A stretch of 64,000 nt of DNA from Squalus acanthias. Taxonomy: Eukaryota. Shown here in pieces: positions 22,687 to 34,253 of the stretch. A program made the position numbers and the translations under genes. Each line of letters begins with the position of its first letter. Positions within the stretch are counted from its first letter, which is position 1. The notes under the pieces were generated by a model. It was not told the DNA's origin, made no database searches, and saw only the letters and a list, made by a program, of their open reading frames with translations. The DNA lies in contig CM059432.1 in assembly GCA_030390025.1 (NCBI GenBank), forward strand, positions 69,256,001 to 69,320,000, given 5' to 3'.

Positions 22687-23593
22687 TTTGTGTCTGTCTT
22701 CATGGAAGAAGATGCAAAAAACTTCCTGGAAATAGTGGAGAACCAAGGATCTAGCGAGAATGAGGAACTGAAAGAAATGAGTATTAGTAAAAAAATAGTA
22801 CTGGAGAAATTAATGGGACTGAACGCCGATAAATCCCCTGGACCTGATGGCCTACATCCTAGGGTTTTGAAAGAGTTGGCTATCGAGATAGTGGATGCAT
22901 TGGTTGTCATTTTCCAAAATTTCATTGATTCTAGAATGGTTCCCCCGGATTGGAAGGTAGCAAATGTAACCCCACTATTTACGAAAGGAGGGAGAGAGAA
23001 AACGGGGAACTACAGACCAGTTAGCCTGACATCAGTAGGGAAAATGCTAGAATCTATTAGTAAGGACATGGTAACAGGGCACTTAGAAAATAATAATAGA
23101 ATTGGCAGAGTCAACACGGATTTATGAAAGGGAAATTGTGTTTGACTAATCTGTTAGAGTTTTTTGAGGTTGTAACCAGCAAAATAGATAAGGGGGAACC
23201 AGTTGTGTGGTGTATTTGGATTTTCAGAAGGCATTCGATAAGGTGCCACACAAGAGGTTATTCAACAAAATTAGGGCTTGTGGGATTGGGGGTAATATAT
23301 TGGCATGGATTGAAGATTGGTTAACAGATAGAAAATCGAGAGTAGGAATAAACAAGTCTTTTTTGGGTTGGCAGGCTGTAACTAGTGGGATACCGCAAGG
23401 ATCAGCGCTTGGGCCTCAGCTATTCACAATCTACATCAATGATTTGGATAAGGGGACCAAATGTAATATATCCAAGTTTGCTGATGATACAAAGCTGGGT
23501 GGGAATGTAGGTTGTGAGAAGGATGCAAAGAGGCTTCAAGGGGATATAGACAAGCTAAGTGAGTGGGCAAGAACATGGCAAATGGAATATAAT

Positions 23594-24337
23594 GGCCCAG
23601 AAATTGATCTCGCTCTGTTCCCGCGGGGGTAAGCCTTCCCCGCGATGTCTCACCTCGCTTATGCTTTTTCTGATCCAGCTCGCACGAAATTGATGTTCCA
23701 GACATCAGCTGTGCTGGGCTTGCGTATCCCAGCGGCGTAGTTAATTCGTGCGAGCTGTGGGATCACGTGACTCAGTTAGAGCCAATGGCAGCACACCATC
23801 TTCCATTCATAAGTCTCACAGCATGGCTGTGAGACTTATGAATCTTACACCCCCCCAAAATAACAGCTAAACCTCAATTAAATTAAAAAAAAAACCCATC
23901 ACATTAATAAAATAAGTATAGTTAATTAAATTAACCATTTTAAATAAAAAATTAAATTTTTGAAAAAATTTAAAATCTTTTAAAAAGTTATAAAAATAAA
24001 CTTACCTGTCTTTAAAGTCTATAAAAAAGATATACCTGTAAAAAAAAATTCAAAAAAATACTTAATTCACTACTTACCTTCTTAAAAGCGGGTCTTACTC
24101 CTCCTTTTTACATTTCCAAAATCTTCCCTACTTACCTGCGCGTCCAAAGCATGAAGTGCACAGCGTGCGCGCAGCCTGTAGCGCGCACGCGATGCAGCCA
24201 GGCCCCGCCCCCTTTTCAGAAGAGCAATTGCCGGTTTTCAGCGCATGCGCAGGGCATGCAGAAAACCGGCAATTGGAGTGGGAATACGCGAGAGTATGCA
24301 GTGCGTACTCTCGCGTCCCGGGATCAATTTTCGGCCC
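23594..24337 (-). mobile_element. Young Harbinger-type MITE, copy 2, with AAT TSD
   Basis: The CR1 sequence GAATAT-AAT-GTGGAG is split with AAT duplicated (23591-93 and 24338-40). TIRs as in copy 1. Confidence 0.92.
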
Positions 24338-25775
24338 AATGTGGAGAAATGTGAAGTTATCCACTTTGGTAGGAAAAATAGAAAAGCAGAGTATTTTTTA
24401 AATGGTGAGAGATTGGGAAATGTTGGTGTTCAGAGGGACCTGGGTGTCCTTGTACACGAATCACTGAACGTTAACATACAGGTACAGCAAGCAATTAGGA
24501 AAGCAAATGGTATGTTGGCCTTTATTACAAGAGGATTTGAGTATAAGAATAAAGATGTCTTACTGCAATTATATAGGGCCCTGGTGAGACCACACCTGGA
24601 GTATTGTGTACAGTTTTGGTCTCTTTACCTAAGGAAGGATATACTTGCCATAGAGGGAGTGCAACAAAGGTTCACCAGACTGATTCCTGGGATGGGGGGG
24701 ATTGTCCTATTGGGAGAGATTGAGTAGACTAGGCCTATATTCTCTAGAGTTTAAAAGAATGAGAGGTGATCTCATTGAAACATACAAAATTCTTACAGGG
24801 CTTGACAGGGTAGATGCAGGGAGGATGTTTCCCCTGGCTGGGGAGTCTAGAACCAGGGGTCACAGTCTCAGAATAAAGGGTCGTCCATTTAGGACTGAGA
24901 TGAGGAGAAATTTCTTCACTCAGAGGGTGGTGAATCTTTGGAATTCTCTACCCCAGAAAGCTGTCGAGGTTTAGTCTTTGAGTATATTCAAGACAGAGAC
25001 CGATAGATTTTTGGATGTTCAGGGAATCAAGGGATATGGGGATAGTGCAAGAAAGTGGAATTGAGGTAGAAGATCAGCCGTGATTTTATTGAATGGAGGA
25101 GCAGGCTCGAGGGGCCAAATGGCCTACTCCTGCTCCTATTTCTTATGTTCTTATGTTCTTAAACTATTTCCATTGGCAGGAGGGTCAGTAACCAGAGGAC
25201 ACAGACACGGTAATTGGCAAAAGAACCAGAGGTGACATAAGGGAAAAAAATTACGCAGCGAATTATTATGATCTGGAATGGACTTCCTGAAAGGGTGGTA
25301 GAAGCAGATTCAGTAATAACTTTAAAAAGGGAATAGGATAAATACTTGAAGGGGCAAAATTTGCTGGGCTATGGGGAACGTGAAGGGGAGTAGGACTATT
25401 GAATATCTCTTTCAAAGAGTCAAGCACTGGCACGATGGGCCAAATGGCCTCCTTCTGTGCTGTATCATTCTATGATTAGTAAATAGTTTTCAAATTTCAG
25501 TCCTCCCCAGCAGGATAATCTAACTATTTAGTTGGGCACAATTGTCTCCCAATACATGCACATAAAAGCCAGCACACCATCAACAAATTATGTCTTTACC
25601 CCACAGGAATTCATAAAAGGCTCAGCAGTATTCTTTCTTGGCCTTAAATACATATGTGAAAAAGAAATGGGCCCACTATCATTGGATAAAACTTGGTCTA
25701 AAGACGTGTACAATATTAATGTGTCTTCATTAATCTGAGAGTACAGACTACGGAGCGGACTTCCCGCAGCCTTAC

Positions 25776-25860
25776 ATGGCTCTGTGTGTGCCAGTATCCG
25801 GGGCTTAGGAAGAGGAAAAAAGGCCAGAGACCCGTACACTGGGCTCCATCGTATTCAGGA
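25776..25860 (-). other. Candidate 85-nt exon of an unidentified transcript
   Basis: Acceptor TTTGTTTCAG and donor CAT|GTAAGG around unique, relatively GC-rich sequence. Only one frame is open (PEYDGAQCTGLWPFFLFLSPGYWHTQSH). No homology recognised. Confidence 0.22.
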
Positions 25861-26157
25861 CTGAAACAAATTTCTACATAAGTGGATTTCTCAGTAGTTT
25901 GGTTTGATTAAACGTGATGATTGATTTCCATCTGTGTCAGACACTCAGCTGACCAAAAGAAAAGGCCTTCCTCATCCCTAATCTCTACGTTTTGTTAATT
26001 GTGCAGCATGTTTATTGACTGTAAAAATACACTCTACACGATACTGGGCCTTATTTCAATGATTTTCAATCTAGTCAGCTGTATGTAAACCACTATTTGA
26101 ATTTCAACATAAACATAAGCATAGAATGTTATGGATGTCACATTTAAACACTCATGA

Positions 26158-26480
26158 CAGCTCAATGAGTTTATCCAGTGAGAAGCTGACCCATACAAAC
26201 CACAATACTCCAAGATTTGATCCTTAATCTATGCTCAGTTAATTGACACCAGCCAGGATGACAGCAGGAGCATCATGATGGACTGCAGCACTCCTAAATT
26301 AGAGAGGAGAATATTATGCTATGTTCCCACTTCTTATTGCTATTCAACAGCCTCTGGTGGAAATTGTGTGGACGACAGGTGAGGACAGGATTGAGCTCTG
26401 CTGTGATGCTCCCCAAGACCGAAGAGCCTATAAAAATCGCCATTTAGGCATCATCCTCAAGGGCAATCACTACCCAGTGA
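26158..26480 (+). mobile_element. Old interspersed repeat, probably a tRNA-derived SINE
   Basis: Diverged similarity to 44520-44800 (GACCCATACAAAC..., GTTCCCACTTCT..., TGTGTGGAC...). Confidence 0.55.
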
Positions 26481-26685
26481 ACTTTTCACCACCTTCAGTA
26501 CAGATGAAAAAATTGGCAAGGGAAACATATTTTTAAAAGAAGCACCTTCATAAAATGGAAATGTGGCCAACATCTGTGCTGCTTATGTCAGCATATTAGA
26601 GTGAACAGCTTAAAGGAACGACTGCAAAATGGGTGCAAGAAAGAGCCCTTTCCAGTAAAGTTACTCTACTGTTTCCTCCTAAAGT

Positions 26686-27635
26686 ATACATAAGAACATA
26701 AGAAATAGGAGCAGGAGTAGGCCATTCGGCCCTTCGAGCCTGCTCCGCCATTCAATGAGATCATGGCTGATCTTCTGCCTCAACTCCATTCACCGGCCCT
26801 ATCGCCATATCCCTTGATGCCCTTACTAGTTAGAAATCTATCGACTTCTGTTTTGAATATACCCAATGACTGAGCCTCCACAGCCCTCTCAGGTAGAGAA
26901 TTCCAAAGATTCACCACCCGCTGTGTGAAGAAATTTCTTCTCATCTCAGTCCTGAATGGCCTACACTTTATCCTGAGGCTGTGGCCCCTGGTTCTAGACT
27001 CCCCAGCCAAGGGAAACATTCTCCCAGCATCCATCCTCTCAAGCCCTGTAACAATTTTGTATGCTTCAATGAGATCCCCTCTCATTCTTCTAAATTCAAG
27101 AGAATATAGGCCTAGTTTACTCAATCTCTTCTCATACGACAGTCCCGCCATCCCAGGAATCAATCTGGTGAACCTTCATTGCACTCCCTCTATGGCAAGT
27201 ATATCCTTCCTTAGGTAAGGAGACCAAAATTGTACCCAGTACTCCGGGTGTGGTCTCACCAAGGCCCTATATAATTGGAGTAAGACTTCTTTACTCCTGT
27301 ACTCAAATCCTCTTGTAATGAAGGCCAGCATACCATTTGCCTTCCTAATGGCTTGCTGCACCTGCATATTCACTTTCAGTGACTCATGTACAAGGACACC
27401 CAGGTCCCTTTGAGCATCTGCATTCCCCAATCTTCCACTATTTAGCAAATACTCTGCCTTTCTGTTTTTTCTACCAAAGTGGATAACTTCACATTTATTC
27501 ACATTATATTCCATCTGCCATGTTCTCGCCCACTCACTGAGCCTGTTGAGATCCCCTTGAAGCCTCTTCACATCCTCTTCACAACTGACACTGCCACCTA
27601 GCTTTGTATCATTAGCAAATTTGGAAATGTTACAT
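26686..27635 (-). mobile_element. CR1 LINE 3' fragment
   Basis: ORFs 27176-27571 and 26780-27163 (LQGDL.RLSEWA, RPH.EY.VQFWSP, RRNFFTQRVV), with a (AAGAACAT)n tail on the + strand. Confidence 0.92.
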
Positions 27636-28379
27636 ACAAAAGATTACTATTCTTTTACAAAATTTTAAACAAAGCCAAAACAAATGTGATGCACCTCCTT
27701 GGCTAGTCCATCTCGGAGGTAATTTTATTTGCAAACATATACATGGCCTAAATATTCAAATTAAAACAGCATGGTCTGCAAGGAGTAGTGACACACCCAA
27801 GTTTTAATTGTCATGCTCCTGCAGGAATGATTGATAGTCTGGATTTTCATCTGGGAATCAGAGAGTATTTCTGTAAAAACTTTTCTCAGAGATTAAATGA
27901 TTGAGCTACAGAGTTTATAAGAAATTAAATTGCACATGATCTCTGAGGAAGTGGGCCTGCTGAGCCAAATGGTATTTTCTCATGTTGCTAAACATATTGT
28001 ACAAAATGTCAAAGTTTGGGATCCCTCACTGATATTTATATTTTTAAGCAAATCAATCATTTACAAATTTACACTCCTGTTGAGTAAAGCTCTGTGCCAA
28101 GAATGCAAGTTCACAAACTTTTGTTCTAATCATGAATCTTTGTATATACCAGAATGAGAAAATATAAGAATAAGAGCGAAAGTAATCTTATTCCACAATC
28201 CCTTCCAGAAGAATATTTATTTTTCCAGACCCGATGAAAATAAAACAAAATATGATCAGTTGAGGTTATGTCTCTCATGGTCTCTTCCTCTGTCTTCATA
28301 ATAATCTTGGATTGAACACACAGCCAAGCAATCTCCAAATCAGTCAGCGACAGCCAATGAAATAAGAAGTAACCCATAC

Positions 28380-28995
28380 ATATGCTGCCACGGTGTATGC
28401 TACTGCCTAAGGAATACCATGAATTCCTCAGTTACACTACCACTAATAGTATACAAGTCAATACTACAACTCATGGAATACCAGACTACACTAATACTAA
28501 CAGAATATCACAGTGCACACTAGTACTAAAAGAACACTAATAGATTACTCGTGTACGCTACTACGCACAGAATATCACAGTCTACACTACTACCTGTGGA
28601 CTATCACAGTGTACACTATTACTAATAGAGTACCAGAATGTACACTACAGCTAATAGAATACTGCAGTCTATATTATTACTAATCAAATACTATAAGGGG
28701 TGAATTTCCTCAGAGCTTCTCCTGCTCTGCCGCTGTAACTTTGATGGAAACCTGTTTACCCGCATAAAAGAGATTTCTGCCGCACTTCTGCCAAAGTTAC
28801 GGCAGTGGAATGGGATTAGCTCTGAGGAAATTCCCAGCTAGAGTCTCCATTACTGCTAATGGAATGCCACACTGCTAATAATAGAATACCTCAGTCTACA
28901 CTGCTGCCCACAGAATACCAAAGTGAATACCATACTCAATGAATACCACACTTTACATTATTATGCAAAGACACTACAGTGCACCCATGGAATAC
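28380..28995. repeat. Degenerate ~27-bp minisatellite
   Basis: Units resembling TACACTACTACTAATAGAATACCACAG repeated roughly 15 times, interrupted by a MITE. Confidence 0.75.
28696..28838. mobile_element. Short hairpin MITE
   Basis: GAATTTCCTCAGAGCT / AGCTCTGAGGAAATTC perfect inverted pair plus inner GTAACTTTG/CAAAGTTAC. Confidence 0.75.
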
Positions 28996-30272
28996 ACAGC
29001 TCCATATGGATTTGCAGTCTGTGTCACTCTTGGCAATGGTAATTGTCACTGCAAGCACGTTTCTCCTGTTGTTAACTCTGTATTTGTATTTGGATATTTA
29101 GGTACCTTGGGGGTAAGATTTCCCATGATGGCATTATAAATGCACTTTAGAAGATTTCCCCCATTCAGTATTTCTAGCAAAATCATGAACAGATTGGGGT
29201 AGAGTTTCCGATAGCTGACGCTGGTGTTTCCAGTGCAATTCGCCCAAAATTGGGCAAAACAGCGCAAAAGATCAAGGAATTTCTAACGCAAATTATATCC
29301 CGTGCAAATCGATTTTACACAATCTTTTGCGCTTGTTTAAAAAACATAGCACTGGAAGCTGGCCTCACCCATAAACTGGCCTTGCCCCCAGATCGAAATA
29401 ATCACCAAGGCGAGTTCCCACTCATTGTGCCCGTTTGCGGGCCTTCAAGGAGGCTCTTAAAATTAATGGTTTCTTTAGGCGTAAGGGCACTAATAGGCAC
29501 CTTTTAAAAGCTTTTAAATATTTATTTTAATTTACTAAGAAACTGATTACATCTCCAATGAAATAATTTGGAAAGACGTCCAAAATACAGTGAGGTGTTT
29601 TTGATTAGTTCCTGGAAAATAAATAATGTTTTCCTTACAGAATACAGTTAGTTAGATAAATAGATACCACAATTACATAAATAGCTCTCTGCATGTAATA
29701 CGGAGAACATCTAGTTAATGTCTATCTATTCAAGGTATGTGGCTTTTAAATATATATTTTAATAAATATATTAAACCTTAGTTTTTCATAATTGCATCTT
29801 TACAAAAATCTCTACAACAGTACTTAGTTTTTTTAGTAAAACATTTGTACGAAACAGTAAAACAAGTAGTTGTAAGCAAAGGTGCATTGTTGGAGTTGTA
29901 GGCTGCTACTTTGGTGGCCTCTTCAGCTGACAGTGATATCCCTGGTATCTGGAGGCCCAGGCTTCCCACATAGGTACAGGTAGCATAGTGTTTATGTTAC
30001 TGGATGAGCAATCCAAAGGCCTGGACTAATAATCTGGTGACATGAGTTCAAATCCCACTGTGGCTGAATTTAAATTCAGTTAATTAATAAATCTGGAATG
30101 AAAAGCTAGTATCAGTATTGGTGACTGTGAAACTACTGGATTGTCATAAAAACCCACCTGGTTCACTAATGTCTTTTAGAAAAGGAAATCTGTCTTCCTT
30201 ACCTGGTCTGGCCTATATGTGACCGCCTTTTGAAATGGCCTAGCAAGTCACTAAGTTGTACCAAACTGTTAC

Positions 30273-30692
30273 AAAAGAAAGACTTGCATTTATATAGCAC
30301 TTTTCACGACCACCGGACGTCACAAAACGCTTTACAGCCAATGAAGTACTTTTTGAAGTGAAGTAACTGTTGTAATGTAGAAATATTGAAACGCGGCAGC
30401 CAATTTGCAAACAGCAATGAGATAATGACCAGATAATCTTTCTTTTAGTGATTTTGTTTGAGGGATAAATATCAAAAAAGTGCCATAGGGTCTTTTATGT
30501 CCACCAGAGAGAGCAGACAGGGCCTTGGTTTAACATTTCATCTGAAAGACAGGCCCTCCAACAGCACAGCACTCCCTCAGTAATGCACTGGAGTGTCAGA
30601 CTAGATTTTTGTGCTCAAGTTTCTATGGAGTGGGATTTGAACCCACAACCTACACTTGTGACTCAAAGGCAAGAGTGTTTCCAACTGAGCTA
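30273..30692 (-). mobile_element. Deu-domain tRNA SINE inside the LINE copy B 5' region
   Basis: Colinear with the SINE at 15569-16036. Confidence 0.85.
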
Positions 30693-31055
30693 AAGAAGTA
30701 TACAAAGAATAAAACCTGACAGACCACCAGGCATTGACCTAGGCACCGGACACGACAAAAGCACTCCCAGCCCAATCGACCCTGTCCCACAGGCTAGTCA
30801 AGCAACAGCCTGACATAGTCATACTCACAGAATCATACCTTTTAGCCAATGTCCCAGACTCCTCCAGCACCATCCTTAGGTATGTCCTGTCCCACCAACA
30901 GGACAGACCCACCAGAGGTGGTGGCACTGTGGTATACAGTCGGGAGGGAGTGGCCCTGGGAGTCCTCAACATTGACTCCTGACCCCATGCAGTCTCATGG
31001 CATCAGGTCAAACATGGGCAAGGAAACATCCTGCTGATTACCATCTACTGACCCA

Positions 31056-31181
31056 CTGACAGCCATGGCTCAGTTGGAAGCACCCTCGCCTCTGAATCAC
31101 AAGGCTGTGGATTCAAGTCCCACTCCAGAAACTTGAGCACAAAAATATAGTCTGACACTCCAGTGCAGTATTGAGGGAGTG
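31056..31181 (+). mobile_element. SINE 5' part only (tRNA head, 3'-truncated)
   Basis: TGGCTCAGTTGG and GGATTCAAGTCCC boxes are present. The fragment stops at GAGGGAGTG, where the LINE resumes. Confidence 0.8.
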
Positions 31182-32560
31182 TCCTCCCTCAACTGATAAA
31201 TCAGTACTCCTCCATGTTGAACACCACTTAGAAGAAGCACTGATGGTAGCAAGGGCACAGAAAGTACTCTGGGTGGGGGACTTCAATGTCCATCACCAAG
31301 AGTGGCTCGGAAGCACCACTACTGACTGAGCTGGCCGAGTCCTGAAGGACATAGCTGCCAGACTGGGGCTGCGGCAGGTGGTGACAGAACTAACACGAGG
31401 GAAAAAAATCTGCTTGACCTCGTTCCCACCAATCAACTGTCACAGATGCATCTGTCCAGGACAGTATTGGTAGGAGTGTGCAATATGGAGGATTACTGAT
31501 TCATCAGTCCTTGTGGAGACAAAGTCCCATCTTTACACTGAGGACACTCTCCATCGTGTTGCGTGGCACGACCACCGTGCTAAATGGGATAAATTCAGAA
31601 CAGATAGAGCAGTTCAAAACTGGGCATCCATGAGGCGCTGCAGGCCATCAGCAGCAGCAGAATTGTATTCCACCACAATCTGTAACCTCATGGCCCAGCA
31701 TAACTCACACTCTACCATTACCATCAACCCTAGTACAATGATGAGTGTAGAAGAACATGGCAGGAGCAGCACCAGGCTTACCTAAAAATGAGGTGCCAAC
31801 ATGGTGAAGCTACAATACATGCTAAAAAGCGGAAACAGCATGCTATTGACAGAGCTAAGCGATCCTGCAACCAACGGATCAGATCAAAGCGCTGCAGTCC
31901 TGCCACATCCAATTGTGAATGATGGTGGACCATTAAACAACGAATGGGAGGAGGAGGCTTCATGAACATCCCCATCCACAATGATGGCGGAGCCCAACAT
32001 GTGAGAGCAAAAGCCAAGGCTGAAGCATTCGCAACCATCTTCAGCCAGAAGTGGCGAGTGGATGATCCACCTCAGCCTCCCCCTGAGGTCCCCATCATTA
32101 CAGAAGCCAGTCTCCAGCCAATTCGATTCACTCCACGTGATATCAAGGAACGGCTGAGTGCACTGGATACTGCAAAGGCTATGGACCCAGACAACGTCCC
32201 GGCTATCGTGCTAAAGACTTGTGCTCCAGAACTAACCGCGCCTCTAGCCGAGCTGTTCCAGTACAGCTACAACAGTGGTATCTTCCTGAAAATGTTGAAA
32301 GTTCTCCAGGTATGTCCTGTCCTCAAAAAGCAGGACCAATCCAATCTGATCAATTACTGCCCCATCAGTCTACTCTCACTCATCAGCAATGTGATGGAAG
32401 GTGTCATTGACAGTGCTATCGAGCACCACTTACTCACCAATAACCTGCTCACTGATGCTCAGTTTGAGTTCCGCCAGGAACACTCGGCTCCAGACCTCAT
32501 TACAGCCTTGGTCCAAAAATGGACAAAAGAAATGAATTCCAGAGGTGAGGTGAGAGTGAC

Positions 32561-33720
32561 TTCCAAAAGGCATTCGATGCCACATAAAAGGTTGCTACGC
32601 AAGATAAGGGCATGTGGGGTTGGGGGTAATGTATTACCATGGATAGAGGATTGGTTAACAGACAGAAAACAGAAAGTAAGGATAAACGGGACATTTTCAG
32701 ATTGGTAGGCTGTAACTAGTGGGGTGCTGCAAGGATCAGTGCTTGGGCCTCAGCTATTTACAATCTATATTAATGACTTAGAGGAAGAGACTGAGTGTAA
32801 TGTATCCAAGTTTGCTGACGATATAAAGCTAGGTGGGACAGTATGATGTGAGAAGGATGCAAAGAGCTACAAAGGGATATAGACAGGTTAAGTAAGAGGG
32901 GGGAGAAGTTGGTGGTTGGAGTATAATGTGGGGAAATGTGAGGTTATTTACTTTGGTAGGAAGAATAGAAAAACAGAATATTTTTTAAATGGTGAGAAAC
33001 TAATAAATGTTGGTGTTCAGAGAGATTTGGGTGTCCTAGTACAAGAACCACAGAGAGTTAGCATGCAGGTACAGCAAGCAATTAGGAAGGAAAATGGCAT
33101 GTTGGCCCTTATTGCTAAAGGGTTGGAGTACAAGAGTAAGGAAGTCTTGTTACAATTGTACAGGGCTTTGGTGAGACCAAAGTTTTGGTCTCCTTATCTA
33201 AGGAAGGATACACTTACCTTAGAGGCGGTGCAACGAAGGATCACTAGATTGATTCCTGGGATGTGAGGGTTGTCCTATGGGGAGAGATTGAGTAGATTGG
33301 GCCTATACTTTCTGGAGTTTAGAAGAATGAAAGGTGATCTCATTGAAACACATAGGATTCTGAGGGGGATTGATAGGATACATGCTGAGAGGTTGTTTCT
33401 CCTGGCTGGTGAGTCTAGAACTAGGGGGCATAGTCTCAGGATAAGGGGTCGGCCTATTAAGACTGAGATGAGAAGGAATTTCTTCACTCAGAGGGTTGTG
33501 AATCTTTGAAATTCTCTGCCTCAAAGGGCTGTGGCTGCTCAGTCGTTGAATATATTCAAGGCATAGATTTTTGGACTCTATAGGAATCAAGGGATATGGA
33601 GATAGGGCAGGAAAGTGGCGTTGAGGTCGAATATCAGCCATGATCTTATTGAATAGCAGAGCAGGCTCGAGGGGCCGTATGGCCTACTCCTGCACCTAAT
33701 TCTTATGTACTTATGTCTTA
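32561..33720 (+). mobile_element. CR1 3' fragment nested in LINE copy B
   Basis: Runs from FQKAFD..PHKRLL to a (TTCTTATG)n tail. The host LINE GTGAGAGTGAC|TGCCCTTGAC is split at this point. Confidence 0.92.
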
Positions 33721-34148
33721 TGCCCTTGACATCAAGGCTGCATTTGACTGAGTGTGGCTTCAAGGAGCCCTAGTAAAATTGAAGTAAATGGGAATCAGGG
33801 GGAAAATGCTCCACTGGCTGGAGTCATAACTAGCACAAAGGAAGATGGTTGTGATTGTTGGAGGCCAATCATCTCAGCCTCAGGACATCGCTGCAGGAGT
33901 TCCCCAGGACAGTGTTCAAGGCTCAACCATGTTCAGCTGCTTCATCAATGACCTTCCCTCCATCATAGAGTCAGAAGCGGGGATGTTCGCTGATGATTGC
34001 ACAGTGTTCAGTTCCATTCACAACTCCTCAGATAATAAAGCAGTCCGTGCCCGCATGCAGCAAGACCTGGATGACATTCAGGCTTGGGCTGATAAGTGGC
34101 AAGCAACATTCGCGCCACACAAGTACCAGGCAATAACTATTTCCAACA

Positions 34149-34253
34149 AAAATGAGAAGTCGCACAACACCAGGTTATAGTCCAACAGTTTTATTTGAAA
34201 TTACGAGCTTTCGGAGCTCTGCTCCTTCGTCAGGTACAGTGAGGGACCTGACG
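34149..34253 (-). mobile_element. Solo Penelope pLTR (family 2) with hammerhead motif
   Basis: Matches 12750-12836. Minus strand reads CUGACGA-A-GGAGC AGA GCUCC-GAAA-GC-UC. Confidence 0.85.

Larger units (their letters stand above)
16711..25160 (+). mobile_element. Long CR1 LINE (APE + RT, decayed) nested in another CR1
   Basis: APE start YLNA.S..NKIDEL at ~16760, then KSPGPDGLHPRVLKE, NYRPVSLTS and FADD, and a (TTCTTATG)n tail ending at 25160. Interrupted by three insertions. Confidence 0.9.
12556..25478 (+). mobile_element. CR1 LINE (5'-truncated RT to 3' end) hosting a large nest of insertions
   Basis: Colinear pieces at 12556-12713, 14686-14753, 15497-15568, 16037-16710 and 25161-25478 ([41 protein letters not shown]). 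Ends with a CATTCTATGATT tail. Confidence 0.88.

Noticed and set aside
22498..23127. 209-aa ORF as a novel gene
   Set aside because: Read-through from a Harbinger end into CR1 ORF2.
28380..28995. CRISPR-like array
   Set aside because: Degenerate head-to-tail units without unique spacers, in a vertebrate context with no cas genes.
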